Below, piece after piece: positions 17,969-29,910 of a stretch of DNA of 64,000 nt. The translations under genes and the position numbers were made by a program. Within the stretch, counting starts at the first letter, position 1; each line of letters begins with the position of its first letter. Origin of the DNA: Gammaproteobacteria bacterium (GTDB lineage: Bacteria > Pseudomonadota > Gammaproteobacteria > SZUA-140); the NCBI GenBank assembly GCA_003230085.1, contig QIGV01000154.1, positions 1,702-65,701 on the forward strand, in the 5' to 3' direction. The notes beneath the pieces were generated by a model that saw only the letters and a program-made list of their open reading frames with translations, was not told where the DNA came from and searched no databases.

Positions 17969-20482
17969 ATGAAATATAGCTTTACCCCACAATCTCGCCA
18001 TATTCATCAGTTGTTGTTGATGGGCACCGTAATGCTGATGCTGAGCGCCTGTGGCGGTGGTGGGAGCACAAAAGATACGACTCAGCCGACCGTCAGCATT
18101 GCCACCGCGATTACAACGTTCGATCCGTCGTTCGCGCCTGCGTCTTTTATCGCAACGATGACCTTTAGTGAACCGGTGACCGATTTCACCGCGAATGAGA
18201 TCACAGCCACGAACGCGACCTTGTCAGCATTGACTGTAGTTAGTGCAGCGGATTTCACCATAACGGTAATGCCGGATGGCAGCGGCGCTGATATTACGTT
18301 GTCAGTAGCAGCTGGTGTAGCGAGCGATGTTGCGGGTAATGGTAATACGGCTTCGCTTTCAGAGACAGTAAGCGCCGTTGATGCAACAGCGCCAGAGGTC
18401 CGTATTACTTTTCCTCCACCTGTTTCATTAACCGATGGCAACACTATCACCGTGCGAGGAACCGCTAGTGATGCCAGCGAAATTACGATGGTGCGTGTTA
18501 ATGGCATAGATGCTACGACCAGCGATGGCTATGCGACCTGGGCTGCGCCTGTCATTCTTGATAGTGGCCTCAATACATTGATGGTAGAGACCTCTGATAT
18601 TGTACTCAATGGCGCGGCCAATGCTGCTCAGGCTCAGATTGATGCGGGTGGCCCGATGTTAACTTTCCCTGCTGGCCTTGTGTTGGACAGTGCGAACAAC
18701 CGTGTACTGGTGGTGGACTCGGATTTGGCCGCAGTGGTGGCAGAAGACCTGACTTCAGGGATACGTACCATGATTTCTGACCGTACCTTCCCTAATGCGG
18801 CCAATGCCTTGTCTGCTCCTGCTGGTTTGGTGCTGGATAGCGCGAATAACCGTGTATTAGTGGTAGATACGGATTTGAAAGCTGTGGTAGCGATAGATCT
18901 GGCCAACGGAATGCGCACCATCGTTTCAGATCCCACGATCCCGGATGCAAACAATGCCCTGTCTTTTCCTCAAGGTCTGGTACTGGACAGCGTGAATAAC
19001 CGTGTGTTGGTAGTGGATTGGGGTTTATACGCTGTGGTGGCGGTGGATCTGGCCAGCGGAATACGCACCATTGTTTCTGATCGCACGACTCCGGATGCGG
19101 CCAATGCTTTATCTGACGCTAAAAGTCTAGTGCTGGACAGTGCGAATAACCGTGTACTGGTGGTGGACTCGTGGTTGGATGCCGTGTTGGCGGTCGATCT
19201 GGCCACGGGTTTACGCACCATCATTTCTGACAGCACCTTCCCCGATGCGGTGAATGCTTTGTCTGCCCCTACCGGTCTAGTGCTGGACAGCGCAAACAAC
19301 CGTGTGTTAGTGGTGGATTCAGGTTTGGCTGCCGTTGTGGCGGTAGATCTAGCCAGCGGGTCGCGCACCATTGTTTCTGATGGTGTTACCCCTGATGTAG
19401 TCAATGCTTTGTCTAACCCCCGCAGTCTGGCATTTGATGGTGCGAACAACCGAGTCCTGGTGGTCGATGCAGCTTTTGATGCCATAGTGGCTGTGGATCT
19501 GGCCAGTGGGGTGCGCACTATTGTCTCTGATGGGGCGACCCCGGACGTGGTCAATGATTTGTCTTTCCCCACGGACTTGGTGCTGGATAGTATGAACAAC
19601 CGTGTTTTGTTAGTCGATCCGGATTTGGACGCTGTGGTGATAGCGGTGGATCTAGCCAGTGGCGCACGTGCAACTATTCCTGACAACACTACAATGGTTA
19701 CGAGCAATGTTTTGTCTGTGGGCACTTTCATCGCTACGGTAATTACTGAGGGTTCCAGGACTTACCCTCAATGGCTAGTGCTTGATAACCCGAATAACCG
19801 CGTACTGGTGGTCGATTCTCTTTTGGATGCTGTGGTGGCCGTGGATCTGGCTACTGGAGTGCGCACTATCGTTTCAGATTCGACTACACCGAATGTAATT
19901 AATGCATGGATTGAACCTAGCGATTTGGTGCTTGATAGCGCGAACAACCGCTTGTTGGTGGTGGATTGGGGTTTAGATTCTGTGGTGGCAGTGGATCTGA
20001 ATAGCGGGGCGCGAACCATCGTCTCAAACTCTACCACCCCGGATGCAGTCAATGCTTTGTCTTTTCCTGTTGGTTTGGTGCTTGACAGCGCGAACAACAG
20101 GGTCTTGGTGACGGATACTTTATTGGATGCTGTGATTGCGGTGGATTTGACCAGTGGGACTCGCACCATAATTTCTGATAGCACTACCCCAGATGCATCC
20201 AATGCCTTGTTTAGCCCTTTAGGTATTGCGCTAGATAGTGCGAATGACCGTGTTCTGATAGTTGATGTGAATTTGGGTGCTGTGATTGCGGTAAATCTGA
20301 CCACCGGGGCGCGCACCATCGTCTCAGACCCCACCACCCCAAATGCAAGTAATGCTTTGTCTTCTCCTCGAAGCCTAGTGCTGGACAGCACGAACAACCG
20401 TATATTGGTTGTTGATACAGGGTTGGAAGCCGTAGTGGCAGTGGATCTAGTCGATGGTCAGCGCGTGGTTTTATCGCGTTAG
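17969..20482 (+). CDS. lipoprotein with N-terminal Ig-like region and ~14 tandem NHL/YVTN-type beta-propeller repeats
   Basis: 837 aa. Signal peptide plus LSACGGGGS. Repeating ~47-aa unit PxGLVLDSANNRVLVVD..L.AVVAVDLASG.RTIVSD.TTPDA.NALS. Confidence 0.85.
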   Translation: MKYSFTPQSRHIHQLLLMGTVMLMLSACGGGGSTKDTTQPTVSIATAITTFDPSFAPASFIATMTFSEPVTDFTANEITATNATLSALTVVSAADFTITVMPDGSGADITLSVAAGVASDVAGNGNTASLSETVSAVDATAPEVRITFPPPVSLTDGNTITVRGTASDASEITMVRVNGIDATTSDGYATWAAPVILDSGLNTLMVETSDIVLNGAANAAQAQIDAGGPMLTFPAGLVLDSANNRVLVVDSDLAAVVAEDLTSGIRTMISDRTFPNAANALSAPAGLVLDSANNRVLVVDTDLKAVVAIDLANGMRTIVSDPTIPDANNALSFPQGLVLDSVNNRVLVVDWGLYAVVAVDLASGIRTIVSDRTTPDAANALSDAKSLVLDSANNRVLVVDSWLDAVLAVDLATGLRTIISDSTFPDAVNALSAPTGLVLDSANNRVLVVDSGLAAVVAVDLASGSRTIVSDGVTPDVVNALSNPRSLAFDGANNRVLVVDAAFDAIVAVDLASGVRTIVSDGATPDVVNDLSFPTDLVLDSMNNRVLLVDPDLDAVVIAVDLASGARATIPDNTTMVTSNVLSVGTFIATVITEGSRTYPQWLVLDNPNNRVLVVDSLLDAVVAVDLATGVRTIVSDSTTPNVINAWIEPSDLVLDSANNRLLVVDWGLDSVVAVDLNSGARTIVSNSTTPDAVNALSFPVGLVLDSANNRVLVTDTLLDAVIAVDLTSGTRTIISDSTTPDASNALFSPLGIALDSANDRVLIVDVNLGAVIAVNLTTGARTIVSDPTTPNASNALSSPRSLVLDSTNNRILVVDTGLEAVVAVDLVDGQRVVLSR
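18650..20450 (+). repeat. intragenic tandem DNA repeats (~140 bp unit, ~14 copies)
   Basis: Near-identical nucleotide blocks such as ctggacagcgcgaa(c/t)aaccgtgt recur at ~140-bp spacing. They generate long spurious antisense ORFs. Confidence 0.85.
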
Positions 20483-20750
20483 CCGGTTTACCGCATGAGG
20501 GTGGTATTAAAGTACTCCCAATTTCAACAGCCTGTTGAAAACTCCCGAGTCAGACCCAAAATCACTCTAAATCATAGCCAATATTGATATTTACCCCAAA
20601 ATTGCATACATTCCACCGGGCTTAACAGATTAGGCATACTAGTGGGCAGGTATTGGTCGTCAGGCATGGCTGGTGTCAGAGACTGGTCATTGGCTGCTGA
20701 TTAAAGAAAAAATGAATTAAAAGCATGTCTTATCAATGCGGAGAAGGTAA

Positions 20751-21419
20751 ATGAACGACAAAACAGCGACCCCCACCTCACAGGACGATAAAGCGGCTGC
20801 GGACCAGCAGGCTGATATTACCGATGAGATGCAATCTACGGCCTCTGCGGAGAACCAGGAAGACGCTGAACAGGGCGAGGAAGCCTCAACGGAAGAGTTG
20901 CTGCTGACTTTGCAGGATGCCCAGGTCAAGGCCGATGAGCACTGGAATCAACTACTTAGGGTCAAGGCCGATTTTGATAATTACCAGCGCCGTACCAAGC
21001 GGGAGTTGGAAAATGCCCATAAATTTGCCCTGGATGGTTTTGTTCGCGATTTGCTGCCAGTCATCGACAGCCTGGAAATGGGATTAGCCACCGCTCAGGA
21101 GTCTACCCCTGAGTTAGATAAATTACATGAAGGGATGAATATGACCCTGAAAATGTTTCAGGGCGTACTCGAAAAATTTGGTGTTAAAGCCATCAATCCT
21201 GATGGCGAGAAGTTTAATCCCGAACTGCATCAGGCCATGACCACACAGCCGAGTCCGGACGTTGAGCCCAATACGGTATTGACCGTATATCAAAAAGGCT
21301 ATTTGCTCAACGACAGGTTAGTGCGGCCGGCCATGGTGATTGTTTCCGCACCGTCCGGCAACCAGGCTCAGCAGGATGATGAAATAAAAAGTTCTACAAA
21401 AATTGATGAAATTGCTTGA
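20751..21419 (+). CDS. grpE: nucleotide exchange factor GrpE
   Basis: 222 aa; acidic N-terminus and GrpE core. Confidence 0.95.
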   Translation: MNDKTATPTSQDDKAAADQQADITDEMQSTASAENQEDAEQGEEASTEELLLTLQDAQVKADEHWNQLLRVKADFDNYQRRTKRELENAHKFALDGFVRDLLPVIDSLEMGLATAQESTPELDKLHEGMNMTLKMFQGVLEKFGVKAINPDGEKFNPELHQAMTTQPSPDVEPNTVLTVYQKGYLLNDRLVRPAMVIVSAPSGNQAQQDDEIKSSTKIDEIA

Positions 21420-21508
21420 AAGTGACCTCTGAGCCCCAATATCAATCAGTATTAATAAATTTATCGACATATTTCCTGCCAGGCAGGAATGATTAACGGA
21501 GAATATCA

Positions 21509-23440
21509 ATGGGAAAAATCATCGGAATAGACTTGGGGACCACAAATTCGTGTGTTGCAGTAATGGATGGTGCAAAGCCGAAAGTGATAGAAAACAGTGA
21601 GGGTGGTCGAACTACACCGTCTATCGTCGCCTATTCCGATGACGATGAAGTGCTCGTTGGGCAGTCTGCTAAACGCCAGGCTGTCACCAATCCTGAGAAG
21701 ACCCTTTATGCCATCAAGCGCTTGATTGGCCGCAAATTCGATGAAGAGGTCGTCCAGCGCGATATCAAGCTGGTGCCTTACAAAATTGTTAAGGCGGACA
21801 ATGGCGATGCCTGGGTGGAAATCAATGGCAAGAAGATGGCATCACCCGAAATCTCCGCGCGGATTTTGATGAAGATGAAAAAGACCGCCGAGGATTATCT
21901 TGGCGAAGAAGTGACGGAAGCGGTTATTACCGTGCCTGCCTATTTTAATGATTCACAACGCCAGGCTACTAAAGATGCGGGTCGTATTGCAGGCCTGGAA
22001 GTTAAACGCATTATCAATGAACCAACGGCTGCTGCACTAGCCTATGGCATGGATAAAAAGCGCGGTGACTCAAAGATCGCCGTATACGATCTGGGTGGTG
22101 GTACTTTTGATATTTCTATTATTGAAATTGCCGAAGTTGAAGGCGAGCACCAGTTTGAAGTGCTGTCCACTAACGGTGACACATTCCTGGGCGGCGAAGA
22201 TTTTGATACCCGCCTGATCGATTATCTTTCCGATGAATTCAAGAAGGATACGGGTGTTGATCTTCATAACGATCCATTGGCACTGCAAAGGCTGAAAGAG
22301 GCGGCAGAGAAAGCGAAGATAGAGCTTTCCAGCAGTCAACAGACCGATGTGAATCTACCCTATATTACCGCCGACGCCAGTGGGCCGAAGCACTTGAACA
22401 TCAAGCTTACCCGGGCCAAGCTGGAATCTCTGGTTGAGGCGCTCGTGCAGAGCACAATCGAACCTTGCAAGACTGCGCTGAATGACGCCGGTCTGACAGC
22501 TTCGGATATCGATGATGTCATTCTTGTTGGTGGACAGACGCGTATGCCCATGGTGCAGGAATCAGTTCAGAACTTTTTCGGCAAGGAGCCACGCAGGGAT
22601 GTTAATGCGGATGAGGCTGTAGCTGTTGGTGCTGCCATTCAGGCAGGTGTGCTCGGTGGTGAGGTCAAGGATGTATTGCTGCTGGATGTGACACCGCTGT
22701 CTTTAGGTATTGAAACAATGGGTGGTGTGATGACCAAATTGATTGATAAAAACACTACGATACCGACCAAGGCATCGCAGGTTTTTTCAACCGCTGAAGA
22801 TAATCAGACTGCAGTAACTGTTCATGTATTACAGGGTGAACGCGAGCGTGCCGATACCAACAAATCACTGGGTCGTTTTGATCTGGCTGATATTCCGCCA
22901 TCACGTCGCGGCATGCCCCAGATCGAGGTGTCATTTGATATCGATGCGAATGGGATTCTGAATGTGTCCGCAAAAGATAAGGCCACGGGCAAGGAACAAT
23001 CCATTATCATCAAGGCATCCAGTGGTTTATCTGATGATGAAATTGATAAAATGGTTAAAGATGCCGAGTCCCATGCTGAGGAGGATCGAAAATTCCATGA
23101 GCTGGTCGATGCGCGCAATCTGGCAGATAATATGATTCATGCCTCAAATAAGGCGCTGAGTGATTTGGGTGATAAAGTTGAGGCTGATGAAAAGAGTCAG
23201 GTTGAAGCTGCTATCGCTGATTTACAGGAAGCTGTAAAAGGTGATGACAAGGATTTGGTCGAGGAAAAAACCAAGGTACTGACTGAGGCTTCGAGTAAAA
23301 TTGCAGAGCGCGCTTATGCGGAACAGTCTGCAGATTCGAAGGAAGAGGGTTCCGCCGCTGGGCATACTGAGACAGAAGAATCCGCTAAAGAAAATGTTGT
23401 GGATGCAGAATTCGAAGAAGTTAAAGAGGACCGGAAATAA
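21509..23440 (+). CDS. dnaK: chaperone DnaK (Hsp70)
   Basis: 643 aa; [10 protein letters not shown] and DLGGGTFD motifs. Confidence 0.98.
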   Translation: MGKIIGIDLGTTNSCVAVMDGAKPKVIENSEGGRTTPSIVAYSDDDEVLVGQSAKRQAVTNPEKTLYAIKRLIGRKFDEEVVQRDIKLVPYKIVKADNGDAWVEINGKKMASPEISARILMKMKKTAEDYLGEEVTEAVITVPAYFNDSQRQATKDAGRIAGLEVKRIINEPTAAALAYGMDKKRGDSKIAVYDLGGGTFDISIIEIAEVEGEHQFEVLSTNGDTFLGGEDFDTRLIDYLSDEFKKDTGVDLHNDPLALQRLKEAAEKAKIELSSSQQTDVNLPYITADASGPKHLNIKLTRAKLESLVEALVQSTIEPCKTALNDAGLTASDIDDVILVGGQTRMPMVQESVQNFFGKEPRRDVNADEAVAVGAAIQAGVLGGEVKDVLLLDVTPLSLGIETMGGVMTKLIDKNTTIPTKASQVFSTAEDNQTAVTVHVLQGERERADTNKSLGRFDLADIPPSRRGMPQIEVSFDIDANGILNVSAKDKATGKEQSIIIKASSGLSDDEIDKMVKDAESHAEEDRKFHELVDARNLADNMIHASNKALSDLGDKVEADEKSQVEAAIADLQEAVKGDDKDLVEEKTKVLTEASSKIAERAYAEQSADSKEEGSAAGHTETEESAKENVVDAEFEEVKEDRK

Positions 23441-23478
23441 TATTCGGTTTTGGTTTAACTGGTGGTGAGTAATTCTTA

Positions 23479-23508
23479 AGCGCGGGGGTAGGTACCCGCG
23501 CTTTTTTA
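23479..23508 (+). terminator. rho-independent terminator after dnaK
   Basis: GCGCGGGGGTAGGTACCCGCGC followed by TTTTTT. Confidence 0.75.
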
Positions 23509-23629
23509 CGTTTTAATTTCTCTGGGTCGATTCCCTGCTGCTGCTACAGATGATTGCTCCGCCTGCTTGCAGCGGGGTAGCTTAAATGGGTCTGATTCAG
23601 CAATAAAAATAATGTGATAAACAGATTGT

Positions 23630-24760
23630 ATGGCTAAACAGGATTATTACGAAGTACTCGGGGTGGCGCGCAACGCTAGTGAGGCTGAACTGAAGAAAGC
23701 CTACCGGCGTCTTGCTATGAAATTTCATCCTGACAGAAACCAGGGTGACCAAAAGGCAGAGGAGAGTTTCAAGTCCGCCAAGGAGGCGTATGAAATTCTG
23801 TCTGATTCCCAGAAGCGAGCGGCTTACGACCAGTTTGGCCATGCCGGTGTAGATCCTTCAGCGGCAGGAGGAGGGGGTGGTTACCAGTCTGGCGGTAGTT
23901 TCAGTGATATCTTCGATGATGTTTTCGGCGATATTTTTGGGAACAGAGCTGGCGGATCTCAGGCTTACCGCGGCGCTGATTTACGCTATAACATGGAATT
24001 AAGTCTGGAAGATGCCGTGCAGGGTGTCACCGCGAAGGTCAAGATTCCAACCAATGTCAAGTGCGGCGTATGTAATGGCAGTGGTGCTAAAAAAGGCACA
24101 TCACCGACAACTTGTACCACCTGTGGTGGACAGGGTCAGGTGCGCATGCAACAGGGATTTTTCTCAATTCAGCAGGCCTGTCCACGCTGCAAGGGTGCCG
24201 GCAAGATTATTACCGAGCCCTGTACGGCATGCAAAGGTCATGGCCAGGTTCAGGAAAGCAAGACACTTTCAGTAAAAATTCCCGCCGGGGTTGATAGCGG
24301 AGACCGGATCCGTCTGGCAGGCGAAGGCGAGGCTGGCGCCAATGGCGGCCCGCCGGGCGATCTTTATGTGCAGGTGCAGATCAAGCCGCATCCTATCTTC
24401 AGGCGGGAGAGCAATGACCTGAATTGTGAAATGCCCATCAGCTTTGTGACCGCCGCGCTGGGAGGCGAACTCGATGTGCCTACATTGGGTGGGCGGGTGC
24501 GTTTAAAAGTGCCACCGGAAACTCAAACTGGCAAGATTTTTCGGTTACGGGGCAAAGGAGTAAAATCTATTCAGCATCGTGGTGTGGGTGACTTGTTGTG
24601 TAAAGTTGTCGTCGAGACCCCCGTTCATTTAAGCCAGAAACAAAAGGAATTACTGCAGGACTTCGAAGACACCCTGCAGGAGCGCAATGAGAAGCATAGT
24701 CCCCGGGCACTCTCATGGCTCGATGGCGTCAAAAAGTTTTTTGAAGATCTGAAATCATAG
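23630..24760 (+). CDS. dnaJ: chaperone DnaJ
   Basis: J domain HPD, Gly-rich region and four CxxCxGxG zinc repeats. Confidence 0.97.
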   Translation: MAKQDYYEVLGVARNASEAELKKAYRRLAMKFHPDRNQGDQKAEESFKSAKEAYEILSDSQKRAAYDQFGHAGVDPSAAGGGGGYQSGGSFSDIFDDVFGDIFGNRAGGSQAYRGADLRYNMELSLEDAVQGVTAKVKIPTNVKCGVCNGSGAKKGTSPTTCTTCGGQGQVRMQQGFFSIQQACPRCKGAGKIITEPCTACKGHGQVQESKTLSVKIPAGVDSGDRIRLAGEGEAGANGGPPGDLYVQVQIKPHPIFRRESNDLNCEMPISFVTAALGGELDVPTLGGRVRLKVPPETQTGKIFRLRGKGVKSIQHRGVGDLLCKVVVETPVHLSQKQKELLQDFEDTLQERNEKHSPRALSWLDGVKKFFEDLKS

Positions 24761-24773
24761 CAGCATGTTTTAA

Positions 24774-25598
<825 letters not shown>

Positions 25599-25657
25599 CG
25601 CCGGCGTCTATCCCCGCTCCTACAACATAATCCCCCGTCAGCTTACTGCGGGGTGGT

Positions 25658-27379
25658 TTATTTCTCTGGTAGCCCAGACAGAATGTTTTCAATTGGCTGG
25701 GGTTTATCAATGCCATATCCTTGCGCGAAATCGACACCAATTTCATGGAGCTTAGCTACGATAGCATCATCCTCGACAAATTCAGCGATGGTCTCAAGAC
25801 CCATAGCATGGCCAATCTGATTGATGGCCTTTACCATTGTGTAGTCAATGGGATCGTTGGCGATATCTTTCACAAAGCTGCCATCAATTTTCAGATAGTC
25901 AACAGGAAGATTTTTGAGATAGGCGAATGAAGATAGTCCACTGCCAAAATCATCAAGAGCAAATCGATAGCCTAAAGAACGGAGTTCCTTGATAAAGGTG
26001 GCTGCGACGAGTAGATTTGCGATTGCAGCGGTTTCAGTAATCTCGAAACAAATACTTTGTGGATCGATCTGATATTGGCGTGCTTTGTTGCAAATATACT
26101 CCTGAAGGGTATCGTCACCCAAAGATGCACCTGAAAGATTAATGGAGCATAGGTTGTATATGCCGATATCGGAGTTTTTCTCCTGCATGATACGTGCTTT
26201 GATGGCAAAAACGCTTTTGATTACCCAGCGGTCAATAGCAGGCATCAGTGAATACTTTTCAGCGGCGGGCATAAACTGGCCGGGAGCAAGAATATTGCCC
26301 TGGTCATCAAGCATGCGCAGCAGTATTTCGCAGTGAGGGGGAGCATCCGGGTTTTTCAGGGGCATAATCGACTGGCAGTAAAGCTTGAGTCGGTCTTCTT
26401 TCAAGGCTCGGGTAACACGGGAAACCATTTGCATTTCGTTATGGCGCTGGGACAGCGCTATATCACTGTCTTTGTATAGGTAGAATCGGTTTCGCCCGGC
26501 ATCCTTAGCCATATAGCACGCGGCATCAGCGGCACTCAGGACGCTGGAGAGAGATTCACTGGTTTTGCAGATGTTGACCAGGCCTATACTGGCGGTAGTT
26601 TCGAATATTTCATTATCCCAGGAAAAACGGAACTGGCTGATGAGGTCGCCTAGCTTGGCAGCAAACTCTTTAGAGTCTTCCAGTGAGCAATCTTTTATCA
26701 GAAGCCCGAATTCATCACCGCCGAGTCGCGCAAGATTGTTTGTCAGTTGAATATTTTTCAGCAGGTGGGCAGTGAGCTGTTTGAGAAGTTCGTCTCCGGC
26801 CACGTGGCTACAGGTGTCGTTGATGACCTTGAATTGATCGAGATCAAAATAACACAAGACATGTTCCGTCTGTTTGATCCTGGCATTTTCCAGTGCTGAT
26901 GCAACACGTCTTTCAAACTCACGTCGATTGAGTAACCCGGTCAGTGCATCATGATAGGTGAGGTGCTGGATGGTTTCTTCGGCGCGTTTATGGGCATTGC
27001 GGTTTTTTGCTTCCTTGAGTTCTCTTTCTATGGCCGGGATCAACCGCGTGAGATTATCCTTCATCAGGTAGTCACTGGCGCCCGCTTTCATGGCACGTAC
27101 CGCGTACTCCTCACCAATCGTGCCTGATATAAGTATGAAAGGCAGATCTTTCCCCGACTCTTTGGCTAGCTGTAGTGCCTCCATACCGTTAAAGTTAGGC
27201 ATAGAATAGTCAGATATAATGATGTCCCAGTCCTGGGCCTGTAGCGCGGATTCTGTATCTTCAAAGGTATCGACTCGTAGACTTTGCGGGTCAAACCCGC
27301 CCCTTTTGATTTCCCGCAAAAGCAGGGTCGCATCATCTGCGGAATCTTCAATTAGTAGTATACGTATTGGTATGCCCAT
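25658..27379 (-). CDS. response regulator with REC-GGDEF-EAL domains (c-di-GMP turnover)
   Basis: REC domain (ILLIEDS...ISDYSMP), GGDEF motif and EAL motifs (EITE..., DDFGSG). Confidence 0.85.
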   Translation of the reverse strand: MGIPIRILLIEDSADDATLLLREIKRGGFDPQSLRVDTFEDTESALQAQDWDIIISDYSMPNFNGMEALQLAKESGKDLPFILISGTIGEEYAVRAMKAGASDYLMKDNLTRLIPAIERELKEAKNRNAHKRAEETIQHLTYHDALTGLLNRREFERRVASALENARIKQTEHVLCYFDLDQFKVINDTCSHVAGDELLKQLTAHLLKNIQLTNNLARLGGDEFGLLIKDCSLEDSKEFAAKLGDLISQFRFSWDNEIFETTASIGLVNICKTSESLSSVLSAADAACYMAKDAGRNRFYLYKDSDIALSQRHNEMQMVSRVTRALKEDRLKLYCQSIMPLKNPDAPPHCEILLRMLDDQGNILAPGQFMPAAEKYSLMPAIDRWVIKSVFAIKARIMQEKNSDIGIYNLCSINLSGASLGDDTLQEYICNKARQYQIDPQSICFEITETAAIANLLVAATFIKELRSLGYRFALDDFGSGLSSFAYLKNLPVDYLKIDGSFVKDIANDPIDYTMVKAINQIGHAMGLETIAEFVEDDAIVAKLHEIGVDFAQGYGIDKPQPIENILSGLPEK

Positions 27380-27760
27380 TATTCCCTTATTGCATTGACT
27401 GAGTATGCTTGAGTATCCAGTTAACACTGAAATGTATCACAATTGTAAGCCATTGGGTAGGCAGTAAAAATAATAGCATGAAGTACCAGTTAGCCTTAGT
27501 AAACCCGCTTTATTCTGCATTTGTCTGACATGCTTTGATCACTATGATTTCACACGATTTTCACTCCTGTTAGCAATAAAACAGTAAAATCAGAAGGGCT
27601 ATAAGTTGATGTCATATCCAGGTTGAAAGTCCTTTCTCCAAAGGCCGCGTGTGAATATGCCGATATCCTTTTTCTGGTGATTGATTTTATTGGATCTACA
27701 AATAATTCGGGTACTATAGGCAGATTCTCATCAAACACTGTAGCCAAAGGAAACTAAAAA

Positions 27761-28600
27761 TTGATTAAAATGATTTCGATTCCCACTCTTGCAGGAGTGA
27801 TAGCCCTGTCCGGGTGGGCACAATCAGCAATGAGCGCTGATGAACAGCTTGTCCATCAAAGGAAGTTCGACACTGCAGTCAATATCGGTATCGAGAATTT
27901 TAAATGGCAGGAATATGATGGTGGTGGACAGCGGTTGCTGACTGAGCAAGGACCGCGGCTGATATTGGGAGCCTCCCTGTTTAATAGGGATAAAAGCGCT
28001 AGCGGATTATTATACGATGTCAGTGTGCGTGGCTACATTGGCAAGGTAGATTATGATGGGCAGGATTCTCTTGGAGTGTATACCAGCACGGATACTTCTT
28101 ACCGAGGATTGAACGGTGAGTTGACAGGTGGTTACCGCTGGGAAACACCAGAGTATGGTGCCATTACTTCTTTAGATTTTCTGCTGTCATTGGGCGCTGA
28201 TGTATGGCGGCGAGATATCAATGATAGTACCAATGCGTTAGGTTTTCCAATCAGTGGTTTTGTTGAGGACTATACTGTTTATTACGGAAAAATAGGGGTG
28301 GGGGCTTCATGGCCTCATCAGGTATCCAACAGCTATTTTCAAATCGGCGCCAAAAAACCTATATCAGTAGATGAAGATGTAGACGTATTTAATGTGACGC
28401 TGTCACCCAGCAAAAGGTGGTCTGCCTTTGCCTCCTATACCTTGAAATTGAAACGAGAAGGGCGTGCCCCGTTCGTCAAATTTTATTATGACAGTTATCG
28501 TTTTGGAAGATCACCCAGCAAGGTGGTTGGCACGGGTGTCGTGTGGCAGCCAGAGAGCGACCTGGATGTTTATGGGGTAGTTTTTGGCTATATCTTGTAA
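27761..28600 (+). CDS. putative outer-membrane beta-barrel protein (MipA/OmpV-like)
   Basis: Signal peptide; alternating amphipathic beta-strand pattern; C-terminus VVFGYIL. Confidence 0.5.
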   Translation: MIKMISIPTLAGVIALSGWAQSAMSADEQLVHQRKFDTAVNIGIENFKWQEYDGGGQRLLTEQGPRLILGASLFNRDKSASGLLYDVSVRGYIGKVDYDGQDSLGVYTSTDTSYRGLNGELTGGYRWETPEYGAITSLDFLLSLGADVWRRDINDSTNALGFPISGFVEDYTVYYGKIGVGASWPHQVSNSYFQIGAKKPISVDEDVDVFNVTLSPSKRWSAFASYTLKLKREGRAPFVKFYYDSYRFGRSPSKVVGTGVVWQPESDLDVYGVVFGYIL

Positions 28601-28635
28601 TCTTGTAGCCATTGATTTTTCTAGCGCTTCACGTC

Positions 28636-29901
28636 TCACTCTTCACGTAATTTAGGCGTAATTCTGGCTGTTTTTACTGCATTGTCGGTCATTTGCAGGA
28701 TTTCAATGGTATATTCGCCAATGCGCAGGCTTGTTGCAGGCACTGGTATAGATTCCAGGTATTCAGTAATTAATCCATTTAAAGTTTTCGGGCCGTCCGT
28801 GGGAAAGTTCCAGGACATCATGCGGTTCAATACCCGAATATTAGCACCTCCATCGACCAAAAAGGTACCGTCATTCTGGGGATGTACGTCCTTAATGGCA
28901 GCTGCAATATCGGTTGTGAACTCACCAACGATCTCCTCCAGAATATCTTCCAGGGTGATCAAGCCCTCAACATCGCCGTATTCATCGACCACCAGCCCGG
29001 TACGCCTTTTCTGACGCTGAAAATTTAATAGCTGGGTATTCAGTGGAGTCCCTTCCGGCACAAAATAGGGTTCTTTTGCAACGGAAAGCAACTGTTCCTT
29101 GGTAAATCCCTCCTTCGATATCAGAGGCAAGGCATTACGGATATGTACCACGCCAGCAATATTGTCTATATCGTCATAATAGAGAGGAAAACGAGTGTAT
29201 TGGAAACTGGTCAGGACATTGACAATGCTATCTGTTGAGTCATTAAGGTCCAGCCCCAGGATTTCATTCCTGGGTACCATGATATCTTCGATTGTGACCT
29301 TTTCCAGATCCAGGATATTCAACAGCATCTTCTGGTGCTTCCTGGGGATAAGGGCGCCGGCCTCGTTGACTACAGTCCGTAATTCATCACTGCTGAGTTG
29401 TTGCATAGTATCTTCATGGAGTTGTACGCCAGCTAGTTTTAAAAGGCTATTGGCAATGGTGTTGATACCCCACACGATTGGATAAAAAATGGCTAATAGT
29501 GGTTTTAATATATAAGCAGCTGGAAATGCAATTTTCTCCGGATACTGCGCAGCCATGGTTTTAGGTGTCAGCTCAGCAAAGATAAGAATGATAAATGTAA
29601 GGATTCCTGCTGCTACAGCGATCCATGCTTCACCGAAATATCTTAGTGCGATCAGGGTACTGATGGATGAAGCCAGTATGTTTACGAAATTATTGCCGAG
29701 CAAAATAATACCGATCAGACGATCAGGGCGCTCCAGCAGTTGGGCGGCGCGGGTGGCTGCGGCGTGTTTTGCCTGGACGAGATGTTTTAGACGGTACCTG
29801 TTGAGCCGCATCATTGCGGTTTCGGCAGCAGAGAAGAAGGCGGACAGGAAGAGCAGGAAAATCAGTGCCCCGATCAGAGTGCTTAATGAGATTTCACTCA
29901 T
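28636..29901 (-). CDS. HlyC/CorC-family transporter (DUF21 + CBS pair + CorC_HlyC), YfjD-like
   Basis: 421 aa; N-terminal TM DUF21, two CBS domains and a C-terminal transporter-associated domain. Confidence 0.85.
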   Translation of the reverse strand: MSEISLSTLIGALIFLLFLSAFFSAAETAMMRLNRYRLKHLVQAKHAAATRAAQLLERPDRLIGIILLGNNFVNILASSISTLIALRYFGEAWIAVAAGILTFIILIFAELTPKTMAAQYPEKIAFPAAYILKPLLAIFYPIVWGINTIANSLLKLAGVQLHEDTMQQLSSDELRTVVNEAGALIPRKHQKMLLNILDLEKVTIEDIMVPRNEILGLDLNDSTDSIVNVLTSFQYTRFPLYYDDIDNIAGVVHIRNALPLISKEGFTKEQLLSVAKEPYFVPEGTPLNTQLLNFQRQKRRTGLVVDEYGDVEGLITLEDILEEIVGEFTTDIAAAIKDVHPQNDGTFLVDGGANIRVLNRMMSWNFPTDGPKTLNGLITEYLESIPVPATSLRIGEYTIEILQMTDNAVKTARITPKLREE

Positions 29902-29910
29902 GGTGGGCTG

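Noticed and set aside
18634-20397. Three long minus-strand ORFs (106, 253 and 209 aa) inside the repeat-lipoprotein gene
   Set aside because: They are antisense read-throughs created by the ~140-bp tandem DNA repeats. Their products are low-complexity (RTIVS/ARSTATTA) with no start context. The plus-strand gene has a signal peptide and a coherent repeat architecture.
18650-20450. Possible CRISPR array, suggested by regularly spaced repeats
   Set aside because: The repeats are ~140 bp, protein-coding and in frame within one long ORF. There are no short unique spacers and no cas genes.
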